57,375 bases of DNA, taken from contig JBOZIK010000001.1 of assembly GCA_051453625.1 (NCBI GenBank), positions 27,270,908-27,328,282 of the forward strand. Reading direction: 5' to 3'. The translations under genes were made by a program, and so were the position numbers. Origin of the DNA: Welwitschia mirabilis (Eukaryota). Positions 38,072 to 51,479 of this stretch are shown piece by piece. How positions within the stretch are numbered: position 1 is the first letter of the stretch; each line of letters starts with the position of its first letter. The notes beneath the pieces were generated by a model, which saw only the letters and a program-made list of their open reading frames with translations, was not told the DNA's origin and searched no databases.

Positions 38072-38467
38072 TGTTAAATCTCATAATTGGGCCCAAGCAC
38101 ATATAAACCCAAGTGAGGTTCCAATCCAAAACCAATTGGTAATGGATGCAGTAATTTACTAGCTTTATATGCATGCTCAATGTCTTTTATTTTATCAATG
38201 TGGGATAGTACCTACTTATATTTGTTACACATCCCCTCATGTGTTGGCTACCCAAGTGAAGCACGGGACATAGTCAATCTTGTCGAAGAGGTATGGTAAC
38301 CAACCCACTCATTATCATGACAGCCCAAGAGCAACCCACTCTGATACCATGTTAGAATCTCACAATTGGGGCCAAGCATATATAAACCCAAGTGAGGTTC
38401 CAACCCAAAACCAATTGGGTATGGGTGGAGTAACGTACTAGCTTTATATGGATGCTTAAGGCCTTCT
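38072..38467 (-). mobile_element. TRIM (left arm of an inverted dimer)
   Basis: ~158-bp LTR at 38072-38229, PPT (TGAGGGGATG on minus) at 38230-38239, ~120-bp internal region, PBS CTCTGATACCA at 38339-38349, and a second LTR from 38350 truncated at 38467. Confidence 0.9.
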
Positions 38468-38876
38468 CACATTGATAAAATAGAAGGCCTTAAGCATGCA
38501 TATAAAGCTAGTATGTNNNNNNNNNNNNNNNNNNNNNNNNNNNNNNNNNNNNNNNNNNNNNNNNNNNNNNNNNNNNNNNNNNNNNNNNNNNNNNNNNNNN
38601 NNNNNNNNNNNNNNNNNNNNNNNNNNNNNNNNNNNNNNNNNNNNNNNNNNNNCATACCTCCTTGACATGATTGACTGTATCCTATCTCTAACTTAATTAG
38701 CCCACACATGAGGGGACGTGTGGAAAATATAAGTGAGTGTTATCCAACATTGATAAAATAGAAGTTCTTAAGCATGCATATAAAGCTAGTAAATTACTCC
38801 TTCCATTGCTAATTAGTTTTGGGTTGAAACCTCACTTGGGTTTATATGTGCTCAATTCATTTAGAATATTCTAACA
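38468..38876 (+). mobile_element. TRIM (right arm of the inverted dimer)
   Basis: Partial 5' LTR at 38468-38516, a gap, internal region, PPT TGAGGGGACG and 3' LTR 38719-38876 (TG...CA); reverse-complement homologue of the left arm. Confidence 0.85.
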
Positions 38877-39359
38877 TTAAATGAGATCTATTCTGATAGG
38901 TAAACATTCCTCTTAGATCATGTTTTATTGGCAGAAATATAATAGAGATAACTAAAATTTGTTAACGAAATAATTTCTCTAGTTTGATTCAAGGCATTAA
39001 TCTAATTTCTGAGAATTTCCTAACCTATATTATCTTGATCATTTGTTCCATTTCATGTTTCTTTGCATGTTTGTGTTTGTACAACATAAATGCAAAGGTA
39101 AGGAGGGCCTACAAAAGCATTTTCTGATTGCCAAATTTTTTAAGATGTATACATGATTTAACATTAAAGTTGGTTGCTATGTGTGATTGATGATGTGATA
39201 GTATTCAGGTTAAGTCCCTTAGGTACCCTTTTTTCCCCTTTTCCCATCACATAATATGACTTTCTTGGTATGCTCTTTTATTTCTCTATATGTAGTTTCA
39301 TTACGATAACTAATTTTACAAGTAATAAACTTATAATATATAAAATTTATATAGTAAAA

Positions 39360-39361
<2 letters not shown>

Positions 39362-39426
<65 letters not shown>

Positions 39427-39456
39427 TGTGTGTGTGTTTGTATGTGTGTGTGTGTA
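39362..39456 (+). repeat. (TA)n(GA)n(GT)n compound microsatellite
   Basis: Read directly from the sequence. Confidence 0.95.
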
Positions 39457-42400
39457 TTTAAAAAAAAAATGATGAGTGACATGGTCTATGCTTATGATCT
39501 AATATAATTATTCCTTCTCGTAACTTTGAAAAGTTGTTATTTTAGGGCTTCATATACCCATTTTAGGGCTTCATATACCCAACCTTTTAGAACTACACCT
39601 ATATGTAATTTTTAGTAAATATCAAACTTTGATATTCCATTTTCTTAATTTGAGACAATGTATTCTTCTTTCTTAAGAAATGTTGCCCTATTAGCACTAG
39701 AGGCTTAAAGAGAAGACATGCAAAATGTTGATATCTTTACTTCTTTTAAATAATGTTTTAGCCTTTCATGTTATATTACCTTGTATTACCACTTGTTTTT
39801 CCTAAATAATTAAATCTCATTTGAAGGATTTAAAAAGCATAAGGTTCAAATTCATGCTTTTAGTCACTATTAATTTGAAAATATGAATGTTTGTCATTTA
39901 TTAGTTAAGAGCATTTTCTATCCAGTGTTTTTATGAGATTACCCATTATTTGAGCTATCTTCTTATCACAATGAGATAATGATCATAATATAATTAGTAG
40001 ACATTAAACGTTGATAAGATTTGGTATACATTGAGATGTATATTTCAGTATCTTATCTTGTATGTACCCAAGCAAGATGCTTATTATGAATATCTTATTT
40101 AGTATCATCCCTTTTAGACTTAAGTATGATTTTATCAAAGATAAACTAAGGCATAGATATAATCCATTCCATTATTCTACTCTTTATATCATTATTGTTT
40201 TTGTTGATCTCTTCTATTGATGTCTAATATTCATCAGCCATCTATTGATGCATTCTTACTCATGAGTAAGAAAGCACCTTGCTCAATTAAGTTGTTAGAT
40301 TTTGGAATAAGGCATTTCAAACATTATAAATGTCATAAAAAGATATAATTTCTTAATCATAAACATATGCATTTAATGTTCTTTAACTATACAAATACCT
40401 GTAATACAACTACTTTAATTATTTGATTAGATCATGCTTAATAGGCTTGACATTCTCAAAGGAAAATCAATTCAAATTTAGTATAACAATTAGGAGAGAC
40501 AAAAGAAAAATCTATTTGAAATATAAAATAAATATATTATAGTGAATAACTAAGATTTCTTAGTTTCAAGGATGAAACCTCTTAAAAGGTGGAAAAATGT
40601 CATGTCTAAAACTTCAAGTTCTAATATTCTAAATAATTCTTAATGTTATAGATCCTTAAACTAGTTTACTTATTGCATGTTTTTATTTGTTTGATTTCTA
40701 GTGGTTTAATTTTTATTGTGAAAATTTTATGCAATAATTCCTTACATTTTGTAGTAGTTATAGTATTGATTTTATTGAAAATTCTGAGAGATTTAATTAT
40801 GATTCTTGTAGTTAAATTATTATAACTATTATACTTTTATTTATTTTAACTAGAAAATAGTTTTATGTGGTTTTTTGGAAATGATTTATTATCTCAATAA
40901 TTACATGATGAGCATTGTTATTTATTGTTAAGATATTAATACACCCAGTGTCCTAGCAATGAATTAAATAAGGAAGCTACGAAATCCCTATCACTTTCAC
41001 CACCTTAACCACCCTCCTTTATGATGGTATCTCTTTATGTTCTCGTTTTCTTTGATATTCCACATCCTTAGCCATAAATAGAATACTATTCCCCTCTTAT
41101 TTCATATCTTGAGAACATTTTATACTAGATATTGAAGCTTGGAAAAATGTTGAAACCTTGAAGCCTTAGAATCTTTAGGAGTTTTCATGTCTTCATTTAA
41201 TTTGGATATGGTTTTATGGTTTTCATTATATTCTTATATGTTTCTTGATATTTATTTTATTTTATTGCATGATCCTTATCTTTTACATCTTAAATAGTCA
41301 TTATTTTTTAATGATTTCAAATTCATGTAATTCTTATCAGGTTGTTATCATGTATCAATAACATTTGTATGATCTATTTATACTACATAAACCTCATGTT
41401 AGTGTTGCCTTAGGTACCTTGTATCACAAGCCTTTCCATCTTGTCTAAGTATTATAATGAGTTGTTAATTTTACTTGTTTTGGTTATTGATCTTGGCTGA
41501 TGATTTTAAAATAAGAAAACTAAAACTTACCCAGGTAACCAGTTGTTTAGACTTCAGGGATAAATGCTCTCTAAAGGAAATTTTAAGGTTGTGGGACCAA
41601 ACTTCTAGGATGAATAGTAAATATGTTACCAATTTACCATTTATCCCTCTTAGATTGTGCGCAACTAGATTATTGAAATCTATTATGAAGTAACAATAAA
41701 AAAAGTTAAATTAAAAATGAAGCCTTGGTCTTTTTTGATTATCCTTACTATTCCTTTCTTGCTCTTAGGAACCCTATTCTTAACCATTCCTTATCATGTA
41801 TTATACTGTAGATTATGATGATTTCACAATTCACATACCATATTATATGTGTAGGTGTAGATACTTACATGGCTTTTGTCATTAAAAAAGCATAACTTAT
41901 TATTAATGGCTTAAGATACCTTTCCTACTTATTTTATGCTTTATATACTTGTAGTTAAAACATGTGAAAGAGTACTATTATTGTAATTTTTTTATGAATG
42001 TTATATAAACATTGAAACCCTCCTATTAGCCTATGAAACTATTTAAACTTTGACTTGTTCTTTATCATGTTATTATCATGTTGTAATTGCCTCTTTATAA
42101 TCACATTTGGTATTATATTAAGATCCTTTTTAAAACATAATAGATTTTTAATTTAGTGCATAGTCATGACGAGAAACATTGAAAACATCACATTAAGTGA
42201 AATTCATAGTTTTGGTTAAAAATTAGGACATCATAATCCACTTCTTGAGTTAGAATGATCTTTGTTATGCTAGGAATAAACATATGCAAATGATATACTA
42301 GAAATAATGACTCATAAAATAATTATATTCATTCATTTTCATCAATGTATCATGTTTTTGTTTCATTCTATCATGTAGTACGTTTGTGTAGAAAGAGATG

Positions 42401-44632
42401 ATTCATTCTAGTTAAATCTAATTGTAAATCAAACATAAATCATCTAAAAAGTTAAGAATTTGTTACTAATGCATTAGAAATCATAATATGCATTTCTATG
42501 CCATGAAGAATAATTTTTCTATTATTATAACAAGACAAATGTTTTGTTCATGGTAATTTGATATTTTAAAAATAATAACAAAAATATAGTATTTCAACAA
42601 TGATAAACATGATAAACATTATCATGTTATTATCAATTACATTAACATTTAAATCTTCTTAAACATTTCTTCTATCATTATGTACATTTTCATGTGAGGA
42701 AAACAAATTCAATTTTATTTTTATATCTAAACAAAGTTATCTCTTAAAAATTAAATTATATATAATCATAATAAAGTAATTTTTCAACTTATACTTTCAA
42801 ACTATGGACTTAATATTTCTAGATAGGAGATAAGTGTTCATATGCATTATATTTTTAAATTATGAATTTGGACTCTAATCAACATAAAATATGTTATAGT
42901 AGAGTGAAGAGTGTAAAGCATTAAAGGACCAACATTGTTACCCATTCTTGATCTCTACAATTTTGACACAACATTATAATTATTTTAGATGAAACAAAGG
43001 CTACTATTTTGTTACATATAAGAGAAGAAATGGAATTATGCACAGGGTTGATTATTGAAATAAACTAAAAAGAAATGAATTTCTAAAAGCTATAAGAAAT
43101 TATTAGAATAAAGATTCATTATGATGAATTTTTAAAATTTAAACCCTCTATAACTTGCAATGAAAATGAAAAAATGTATGACAAGAATGAAATTAAATAA
43201 AGTATGAAGTGCTAGAAATGTTGTTAAAAGACAATAAACATTATATTCTTATTCATACATTCATTGCTTAATTGCTTTAACATATTTACATTTTCACTAC
43301 ATCCATTTCACACTAATTGATTTCTATCTCAAATTAAATACTTAATATTGGATATTAAATGAATTTTAATTTCAAATATGGATTTAACTCAAAAAATTCA
43401 TCCTCCACATAGGGATTCATATAGTCTATTCTTGAGCTACTTACCAATTCCCTCTTTATTGAGGTCTTAGTTTTCTATGTATTAATAGTCCTACTTAGTC
43501 ACAAGATGATAAGGGACATGATAACATTACTTACTTTCATTTCTTTCCATCCATTTTAGTTGTGTCCTTAGATCTTAAAGATTTATAAAGAAGCTTTTAG
43601 CATGTCCAAAAGCCATAATGCTAGTCTTCGTACTTCCTTTATTAGTGGAGCTCTTGGTCCATACTTATAGAGAAAGAATTTTTATCGATTTTATTTAGGA
43701 GCTTAAAGTCATAAATGATCATTGTTATAGAGGTTTTTCTAGACTTTGAGATATAATGCTTGATTAAATGCCAGATGTTCTGAAAGCTTATCAAAGTTTG
43801 GTACCAATTCTTTCTTTTTAAAAAGGAAAGGAAGAATGTCTCCTTTATAGATAAATATAAAAGGAGTAAAAATTCTTTCAAGTGGTGAAAAATAAAGCAA
43901 TATAAAATGCACTCTAAGATAGGATGATAATGGATGAAATCTAAAAATCCTAATCACCACTTAACCTTCTAATAATAACTAGATATATCAATACTTTGTT
44001 AAATAAGAAAGATCTTAGGCTTACTATTGAGTTTGTTAAAGTAATGAAAGTAACTATCCAATAGATATTGTTTAGTTGTTTCTAATTTCATGAAGTAACT
44101 AGCAGAAAAGTCTCCAATTACTTATATAACCTTTACAAAAATTATTTTAATCTTAGATAACTAAATACCTAAAATCTACTATTTTAATTAATATTAATAG
44201 ATGATTTTAGAGGCATTACCATTTTATCTCATACTTTAATAAGACAATTGTTCCATTCTTTCTTATCTTCTTTTCCAAACCAGGAAAAAAAATTAGGATC
44301 CATTCATTATTGTCATGGCTCCACCTATAATGCTTGGTATTTTCTAATTGAATTGATTTTACTTCCATAATCACACTCTTAAATTTAATTCTTCTATTAT
44401 ATATTTCAATCATGTTTTGAAGTCTTTAGTTAACAACTTTACCCTTGTTGAATAACATTCTGAAAAAACATATTTCCTTGTTAAATAATATTCTAAACAA
44501 ATTTATGTATGCTTAATTGTAGGATCCATATTTTTATAACTTAAAACTTCAAAATTTTCTATGATGTTAAAACTTGTTATAACTTAACAATGATCATGCC
44601 TACTGAAATAACAACCTATCTCTAATAAAAAA

Positions 44633-47393
44633 TGTAACATCCACATTTTTCACTCTAGAAATATGAATGTTACTATGATACTAAAATGTATCATCCTTAA
44701 CATGTACCATTAAGATTATGCATTAATTATAATTTATTAGGATAAAAGAAAAATTTTTCTTTAATATAATGCCAAAGTAGTAAATAGCAACCATTATCAT
44801 CCTTTAAACTTTTGTTTAAAATAGAGATTAGAAATATTCACATCGAATGTCCCTTCCTTTCATGCTAAGATATAGCCCATAAGATTAACTTAATTCAATG
44901 ATTTTAAGCCTTGTATCAAGAGTATAATGGCTAGAATAATATTGTCATACTACGAACTAAAGTAATAAGTAAGTATATGATTTTTTAAAATAACTTAAAA
45001 ATAATATAAGTGAATATAGTACCTATATTTAATTCCATAATTGTCCAAGACAGAAAGGCAAATAGTCAATAAGTAACATACAACCTAAATACAAAGTATA
45101 TTATAGATATAAAGAATATAAATTTTATTATTGAAATTTAATGTAATAAGATCACAAGTTATATTAGGGAAAAAAATCACTCCAATTAATATTTTTCAAG
45201 AATAAGCTATATAATAAATATTTTATTTCCACGTGCCGTCCTTAGCAAAATAGATAAGCATTTACTATGCTCCATTTTAATACTGAGAATAGTAAATCAT
45301 CATAGTTCCCAATATGGCCTAAGCAAGGTAAAGATAAAGTTAAGAAGAACCCTAAGATACAAGATTGATTGAGATAAAATAAGAAGAAATACTCTAAATA
45401 ATCAAGCATTATATTTTCATGGGAATGGAAGTGAGATTAACTAGTTTTATTGTATAATTTACACTTTTTCATTTGATATTTTGTGGGTTTTATTTATTTA
45501 CTACCTCATTCAATGATCTTAAATCATCATTCCCACTTCTTCATTTAGTAATCCATAGTTTTATTTTTATTTTTCCACTACTTAATTTGGTGATCTATGG
45601 ATTACCATTCTCATTGCCTCATTTGATGATATATGGTTTTATCTGTTCATTGCCTCCTTCATTAATTTATGGATGATTAATTCCATTACCTTATTCAGGG
45701 ATCTATGGTTTTCTATATTCCACTATCTCATTCGGTGATATATGAGACTCTTTTGAGTTTAAAGATATTCTAAGAAAGGAGAATATTTACTTTTATAGAT
45801 TTACCTTTTAAGCATTAAGACGTTTTACAAGAAATAAAATTAAGCAAGAATAATCTTTGAACATATAGCAGATACTCATAAAATGATTTTAAACTAATAG
45901 AGATAAGTAAGTCATTTTATAAATTTATAAGAATTCCAATAAAAATAAAATATGTTGATAAGGAAATAATAATTTCTTTATATTATGAAGGGATGAAAGA
46001 ATAAAGGATCATACAAATAATAATATATTATATTTAAAATGAAAGTAATATTAGATTAATATACAAGATAAAGAAAACTATAATAATTATATAAGATATA
46101 TTAGAAAAGTAATCTAGAGAATACAAAAATCAAGAAATACAAAGGTTCATATAGGAAATAAAGATAATATTCTAGAACCATATAAGAAATAAAAAGAAAC
46201 TTTAGATTACACTAATGATTCAATGTAAGGTTTTTGAAGATTTAAAATGATTATGCCCAAGATACAAAGACTTCAAAATTCTATAGACTCTAAAGACTCC
46301 AAAATTTTTAAAGCTTTAAGGTAGAATGTTTTTAATATTTCAAGACTAGAAGACCTTTTAAAAAAAAATACTAAAGATGTCTTACTTATAATTAGATGAA
46401 GAAATTCAAAAGGTATTGGGAATTTTAAGGGATAAATACAAGTCACTACTATTCTTAAAAATTAGTTGTGATTTCCTAACCCCTAATCATTACTCTATCT
46501 ATCCACTAGGTACATTTAATATTTCATAATAATAATAATAAATGCTTATCATATTAAAAATTAATATACTAATAAAAAATAATAGCAGTGAAAAATATGC
46601 CTACATTATCAATGCATAAGTTACATAATCCAACAAGTTTATGGCATTTTTCAAAATAAATATGATGAAGATAAAAAATTTACTATTATTTCCTCCAATA
46701 AGTCATCTAAAGGAAAATGTTAAAATTCTAAAAAGATGTCACTACTTGTAATTATCAGAAAAAAGAATTAATATGATACATTTAGTAAATAATTTTAGTA
46801 AGACATCATGATAAGACTTTACTAGATATAAATATTTTTCCTTAATGAATACATGTTAATCACTAATAAAAGAAAATGCAAGATCATAATTATCGATGTT
46901 ACTTTATCATGACCTACTAACATAAAATGTTAAATAAGCCAACATAATGCATCTTATTAATTATAACAGTTGCAAGAATATTTGATATGCATTTAAATAA
47001 GGAAATATACTAATCATGATACATTAAATGCAATAATTACAAAAGAAAATAAAATAATATTTATATAACCCATAATTTAACCACTAAGAGAATATCATTA
47101 AATAAACATGAAAAGATAACAAAATAATATTATTAATTATAGTGATTACAAGAAAACAAATTATTTAAAACAATAATTACAACATAATAATTTTAAAACA
47201 ATAATTATAACATAATAGTTTTCAATTAATAAAGTAAATGATTGCATCTTAAATAAAAATATACTAATAGATATAGACTAAATTTAGTAACTAAATCATC
47301 TTATTAGGTCCTACTAGATAAAAATTAGCTTTATTTAGTTCTTGTTAGTTATTTGGACTAAATCCTTGGACCTTCAAAAATTTAGATGTGATA
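44633..47393 (-). repeat. 5' LTR of the minus-strand Tekay-like element
   Basis: Homologous to 31651-34317, followed on minus by a decayed PBS and leader, with no PPT upstream. Confidence 0.8.
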
Positions 47394-49974
47394 GTGATAA
47401 ACTTAAAAAACTGCTATATTTCATAATAATGTTTTTAATGTAGCACATGCAGTAGTGGTGTCTCCACTAGTGGGGATCTTGAAGGATTAGAGAAGTAAGG
47501 TTTTTCATATGGAAGAGTATGAACAAAAGGTGAATTATAACATTTCAAATTTCCTTCAAGGAAAAGTATGAAAGTCTAGAAAGATGACTTCTAAGGCATA
47601 AGAGAGATAGTGTAGTTGATCGTAGCAATATTTGAAAAATTTGAGCAATATTTGAAAAATTCTATGTTGGAGATATTATGTTTTTTTCCACTTTTAGATT
47701 TTATTACTATTTTTATTTTCAATGACAAAGTATAAAGTACCTTTTTTTGTTAAACTAGATTGTTTTAAATTGCAATTGGCATCCCATTATGATAGCCAAA
47801 AAGGTTTTATGTTTAGAAGGCATCTTTAATTTCAATTATATATATATAAAAGGTTATTTTAGAATTAGTCAAATAAAAGGTATGATGATTTGTGACGAGT
47901 ATCTTATAAGTAGGTCTTTTGTATTATCATAATAATAAAATGTAATAGTTTTCATAATTATTCTTTATGCCATGTAATACTCTTTATAATTATATTTTCC
48001 TCTAAAGAGGAACCTAAGGATAAAATTTACTTTCCTATTGTTTTTTTCATTTCATCATCTCATCTTTCCATTTTTGTTTCTATATTTCCCTTTAAATTTC
48101 ATTAAATAATTAATTTTTAATAATAAGAATATAAAAACTTCAAAAATAAAAAAATACAAATATAAAAGGAAAAAAGAGAAAAAAATATAAATGGAAATTA
48201 AGAAACATGAAATCATAGTATTAAGATTTATTGAATTTTGCATATCTATCAAATTTTCTTCATATAAATCTAAGAATTTCATTTCATCTTGGTTCAAGTT
48301 ATGGATAATAAGAAATCATGTTTTTATTTATGAAACTTCATAAATAATAAATTTCTCCAAAACTTTGCAAAAATTCATCTGGATTAAACCTCATACATTA
48401 TTGTTATCATTTCCAAAATAATTTACTTGTATTTTTAAATATTTATTTTGTAAATAAGCATGTTCATATATAATAAAATATCTTTTGTTGGTTACTACAT
48501 TTATGATAAATATACTGTATTTATTATTTAATATTTCATTAATAAATAAAACATATTACTTTTATTAATAAAATTATTATATTTAGACTTATTCTTTATT
48601 ATTATAATATATTATTGTTAATAATTAATCTATGTAAAGATACTAATAAATTTATTATTGTTTCATATTTTAAGTAATAATAATTTTTTAAGGGAAATAA
48701 CAATAATATGCATTACAAAAATTTTAAATTAATGCCTCCACATTTCATAATTAAGTCTATTAATCTCTTTGATTTTATTTTCTCTACTAATATCCTTATT
48801 TTTTTCTTGATAGTTATTAACATTACTTTAAATTTTATTATTTATATTCTTTTGACTGTTAATAACTTATTAAGGCTCTTAGAAAGTATGTGTAGTTTGG
48901 GAATGGATTCTTAAGTATCTAAAAAATGATAAATGTGAATTTCATTGATTTTTACAAATACTTCACATTAAGTATTGCCACTAGGGTAAAGTACCATCTT
49001 ATAAAGGCAATTAAGGTAAATCATTCTACTAATCTAGTTTATAGATTAAGAAAAGACACTATAATGTTTTTTAACAAGTAATTTAATTGTTAAATATCTA
49101 TTATTCATAACTTATAATTACTTGGAAATAAAGAATTACAAGGCTACATAGTTATCACAATAAAATTTATAATATCTAATTTAATAATGAAATATGCATT
49201 TTTCTATTCTCTGTGTATGCTTTAATATAATAATAATCATATAATATCACTTTTGTCCTTGGGAAGATTCATTTTTCTATTTCTTTTCTTTACTTTTTGT
49301 AAACTCTCAAATTTTGTTTGATATTAATATAAACTTATTTTTAATTGTATGTATAATCAAGTCTTTGAGATTGGAGATGAAGCCTACTTTGATTTGCAAA
49401 TTAAATACTATGAATTCAATTAAAAAACATTTATTAAGAGCTTTACCTTTACCATCAATTTTGATTTTTATGAAATCTTTATGAAATTCAAACAAGTACT
49501 TCATCAAGACATCACTTTATCTGAATCATTAATGAATTTATGGAAGTGAACATTATCAATTTTGTATATTTTATTTTCTATTTTATGTATTATATATTCA
49601 ACATGATAATGTAACATAGGGTATAAAATTCCATAATAGTATTATTCATAACCCCAATCATATTAATGTTGCAACATCACACTTGAAAAAAATATTGACA
49701 AGTAGCTTAATACTCTAATTAAATTTCATGCTCAAGAATTTAAAAACTAACTTTAGATGACATATAAAATCTTAATAAAAATATAATAGTATGAGTGTGT
49801 ATCACTAATTTACTTAAAGATTATTGTATTACTACCTTTATATAAAACCTAATACTATGATTGTATGTAATCAAAGTAATCTATAGTGTTTTTAATTTTT
49901 TCTTGAGATACTAATCTTGAAAACTTAATTTCTCAAGAAGTTGAGTAGTTAATTATGATTCTTTAATGTCTCAA

Positions 49975-50390
49975 TCCAATATATAATCACCCCATTATAT
50001 TAGGTCATTTATAGAGCCTAAGGATTTTTCTTTTTGAATATTTAACTTATTTCTCCATCACACAATGGCACATTATCTTAAATCATTTATGATGTCTAAG
50101 GCTTTTTATTTTTAGATGCTCTAATATTTCTATCCACTATACAATTGTCCTATTTTCTTAAGCCATTCATAATTATTAAGTCTTATTGTTTCTTAATGTT
50201 TCAACTTTTCTTTCCACTATGCAATGGCCCCATTCTATTAGATTATTTATAATTTGTAAAAATTTTCATTTCTAAATGATTTAACTTTCCTCTCCACTAC
50301 ACAATGGCCTCATTCTCTTAATACATTTATGATGCCTAAGGCTTCTCATTTCTTAGCATTCTAAATTTTCCTCTCCACTACACATGGGTC
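49975..50390. repeat. ~80-bp degenerate tandem array, about 5.3 units
   Basis: Motif ccactacacaatggcc recurs at ~49976, 50055, 50134, 50214, 50294 and 50375, each unit with catttatgatgyctaaggc-like sequence. Confidence 0.85.
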
Positions 50391-51479
50391 TTATGAAAAA
50401 AGTAAAAACTTATGATATTTCATAAGTTGCATTGAAATAAAGTAAAAAATTTATTTTTTCTTATAATTTATTTTTATACCATTTATTATGAATTATGTTC
50501 ATTATTTTTTATTATTTACAATCAGTGGCATGTGCCTACTAACTTAAAGGTATATTTTATATACATCTAATATTTGGTCAAGAGATATCAATTTCTCCCA
50601 TCTTTTGAATGAGGGTATGAAAATTAATTAGATTACACTTTTCCTCTGTATTGGGATTGTCTTTCACCATAGTAAAATTTGATTTTGTCCATAGTTCACA
50701 TTGATTTTAACTGTAAAGTTAATGCTAATCACTTACCAAAAGTCAATGCCTTACTCTCTATTGAAAGTTTCCTACTTTCAACCAAAATTTCTCATAAAAA
50801 TTTTAACCAAGAGTGAGGAATTCTTATTAATAAAAAAAAAGGAGATTCTAAAACATAAGATAGATGTATTCTTCTTGAAAAAAATAAGGTGATAGATGAA
50901 ATAAAAGAAGAAGGCTATAACATGATAGTGCTGTTAAAGATGTTTTAAGAGCAGTAGTTAAAGGAGGGCCTAATGAAAGTAAAAGATTTATTGAGATATT
51001 TTATTTATTATTTTTCTTATATTTTATCTTCTATTAGGAACATAAATGATCAAATACATATTGCTTCTAGTGTTTACTCCTAAATAAAACACTATCTAGA
51101 ATGGAACCACATGAAAAAGAAAAGATAAGTAGATAGGTATAGTAGTTTCTAAAGAAGGGTTTTATCAAATAAGATTTATCACCATGCTTTGTTCTAAGCG
51201 TATTAACTTCAAATGTGTTGATGCAAGGACCATCAATAAAGTATTTATTTTCTATACCTTGCAAGAACAATAGTTTATATTTTTTCAATGAGTGATTTTT
51301 TTAAAGTAAGGTTTATTTTAAAATTAGATACCATGAGATCCATATTTAAAAAAGAGCTAAATGAAGGATAGCTTTAACAATTTAGATGAGTCTTATGAAT
51401 TTTTGGTGATGCAATTTGTAGTGATGAGTGCTTTAAGTACATTCATGATTTTTTCCATTTCTAAATGATTAATAAATAA

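Larger units (their letters stand above)
34519..42056 (+). mobile_element. Tekay-like element (plus strand) inserted into the pol end of the minus-strand element; both LTRs appear truncated
   Basis: Direct repeats at 34519-35945 and 40598-42056; the second is preceded by TTTCAAGGATGAAACCTCTTAAAAGGTGGAAAAA (FEDE-like motif plus PPT) and starts TGTCATG. Confidence 0.7.
31651..47393 (-). mobile_element. Tekay-like chromovirus element, minus strand, ~2.7-kb LTRs
   Basis: LTRs 31651-34317 and 44633-47393 are homologous throughout. PPT at 34318-34335, chromodomain remnant, and degenerate PBS at 44619-44630 and 31636-31647. Confidence 0.8.

Noticed and set aside
38072-38876. Cassandra TRIM carrying 5S rRNA sequence
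   Set aside because: No 5S A/C-box sequence (AGTTAAGCGTGC...GGATGGGTGACC) is visible in the LTRs.
39219-39482. ORFs 39219-39482 and 39270-39461
   Set aside because: They are translations of the compound microsatellite.
47440-47475. Helitron 3' end or CACTA terminus (CCACTAGTGG)
   Set aside because: No convincing GC hairpin and no matching opposite terminus.
47480-47900. Possible gypsy gag remnant
   Set aside because: Weak DSVVD-like similarity only; too decayed to call.
32468-50390. The 37-bp and 80-bp arrays as CRISPR-like repeats
   Set aside because: The units are degenerate along their whole length, have no unique spacers or cas genes, and sit in a eukaryotic TE context.
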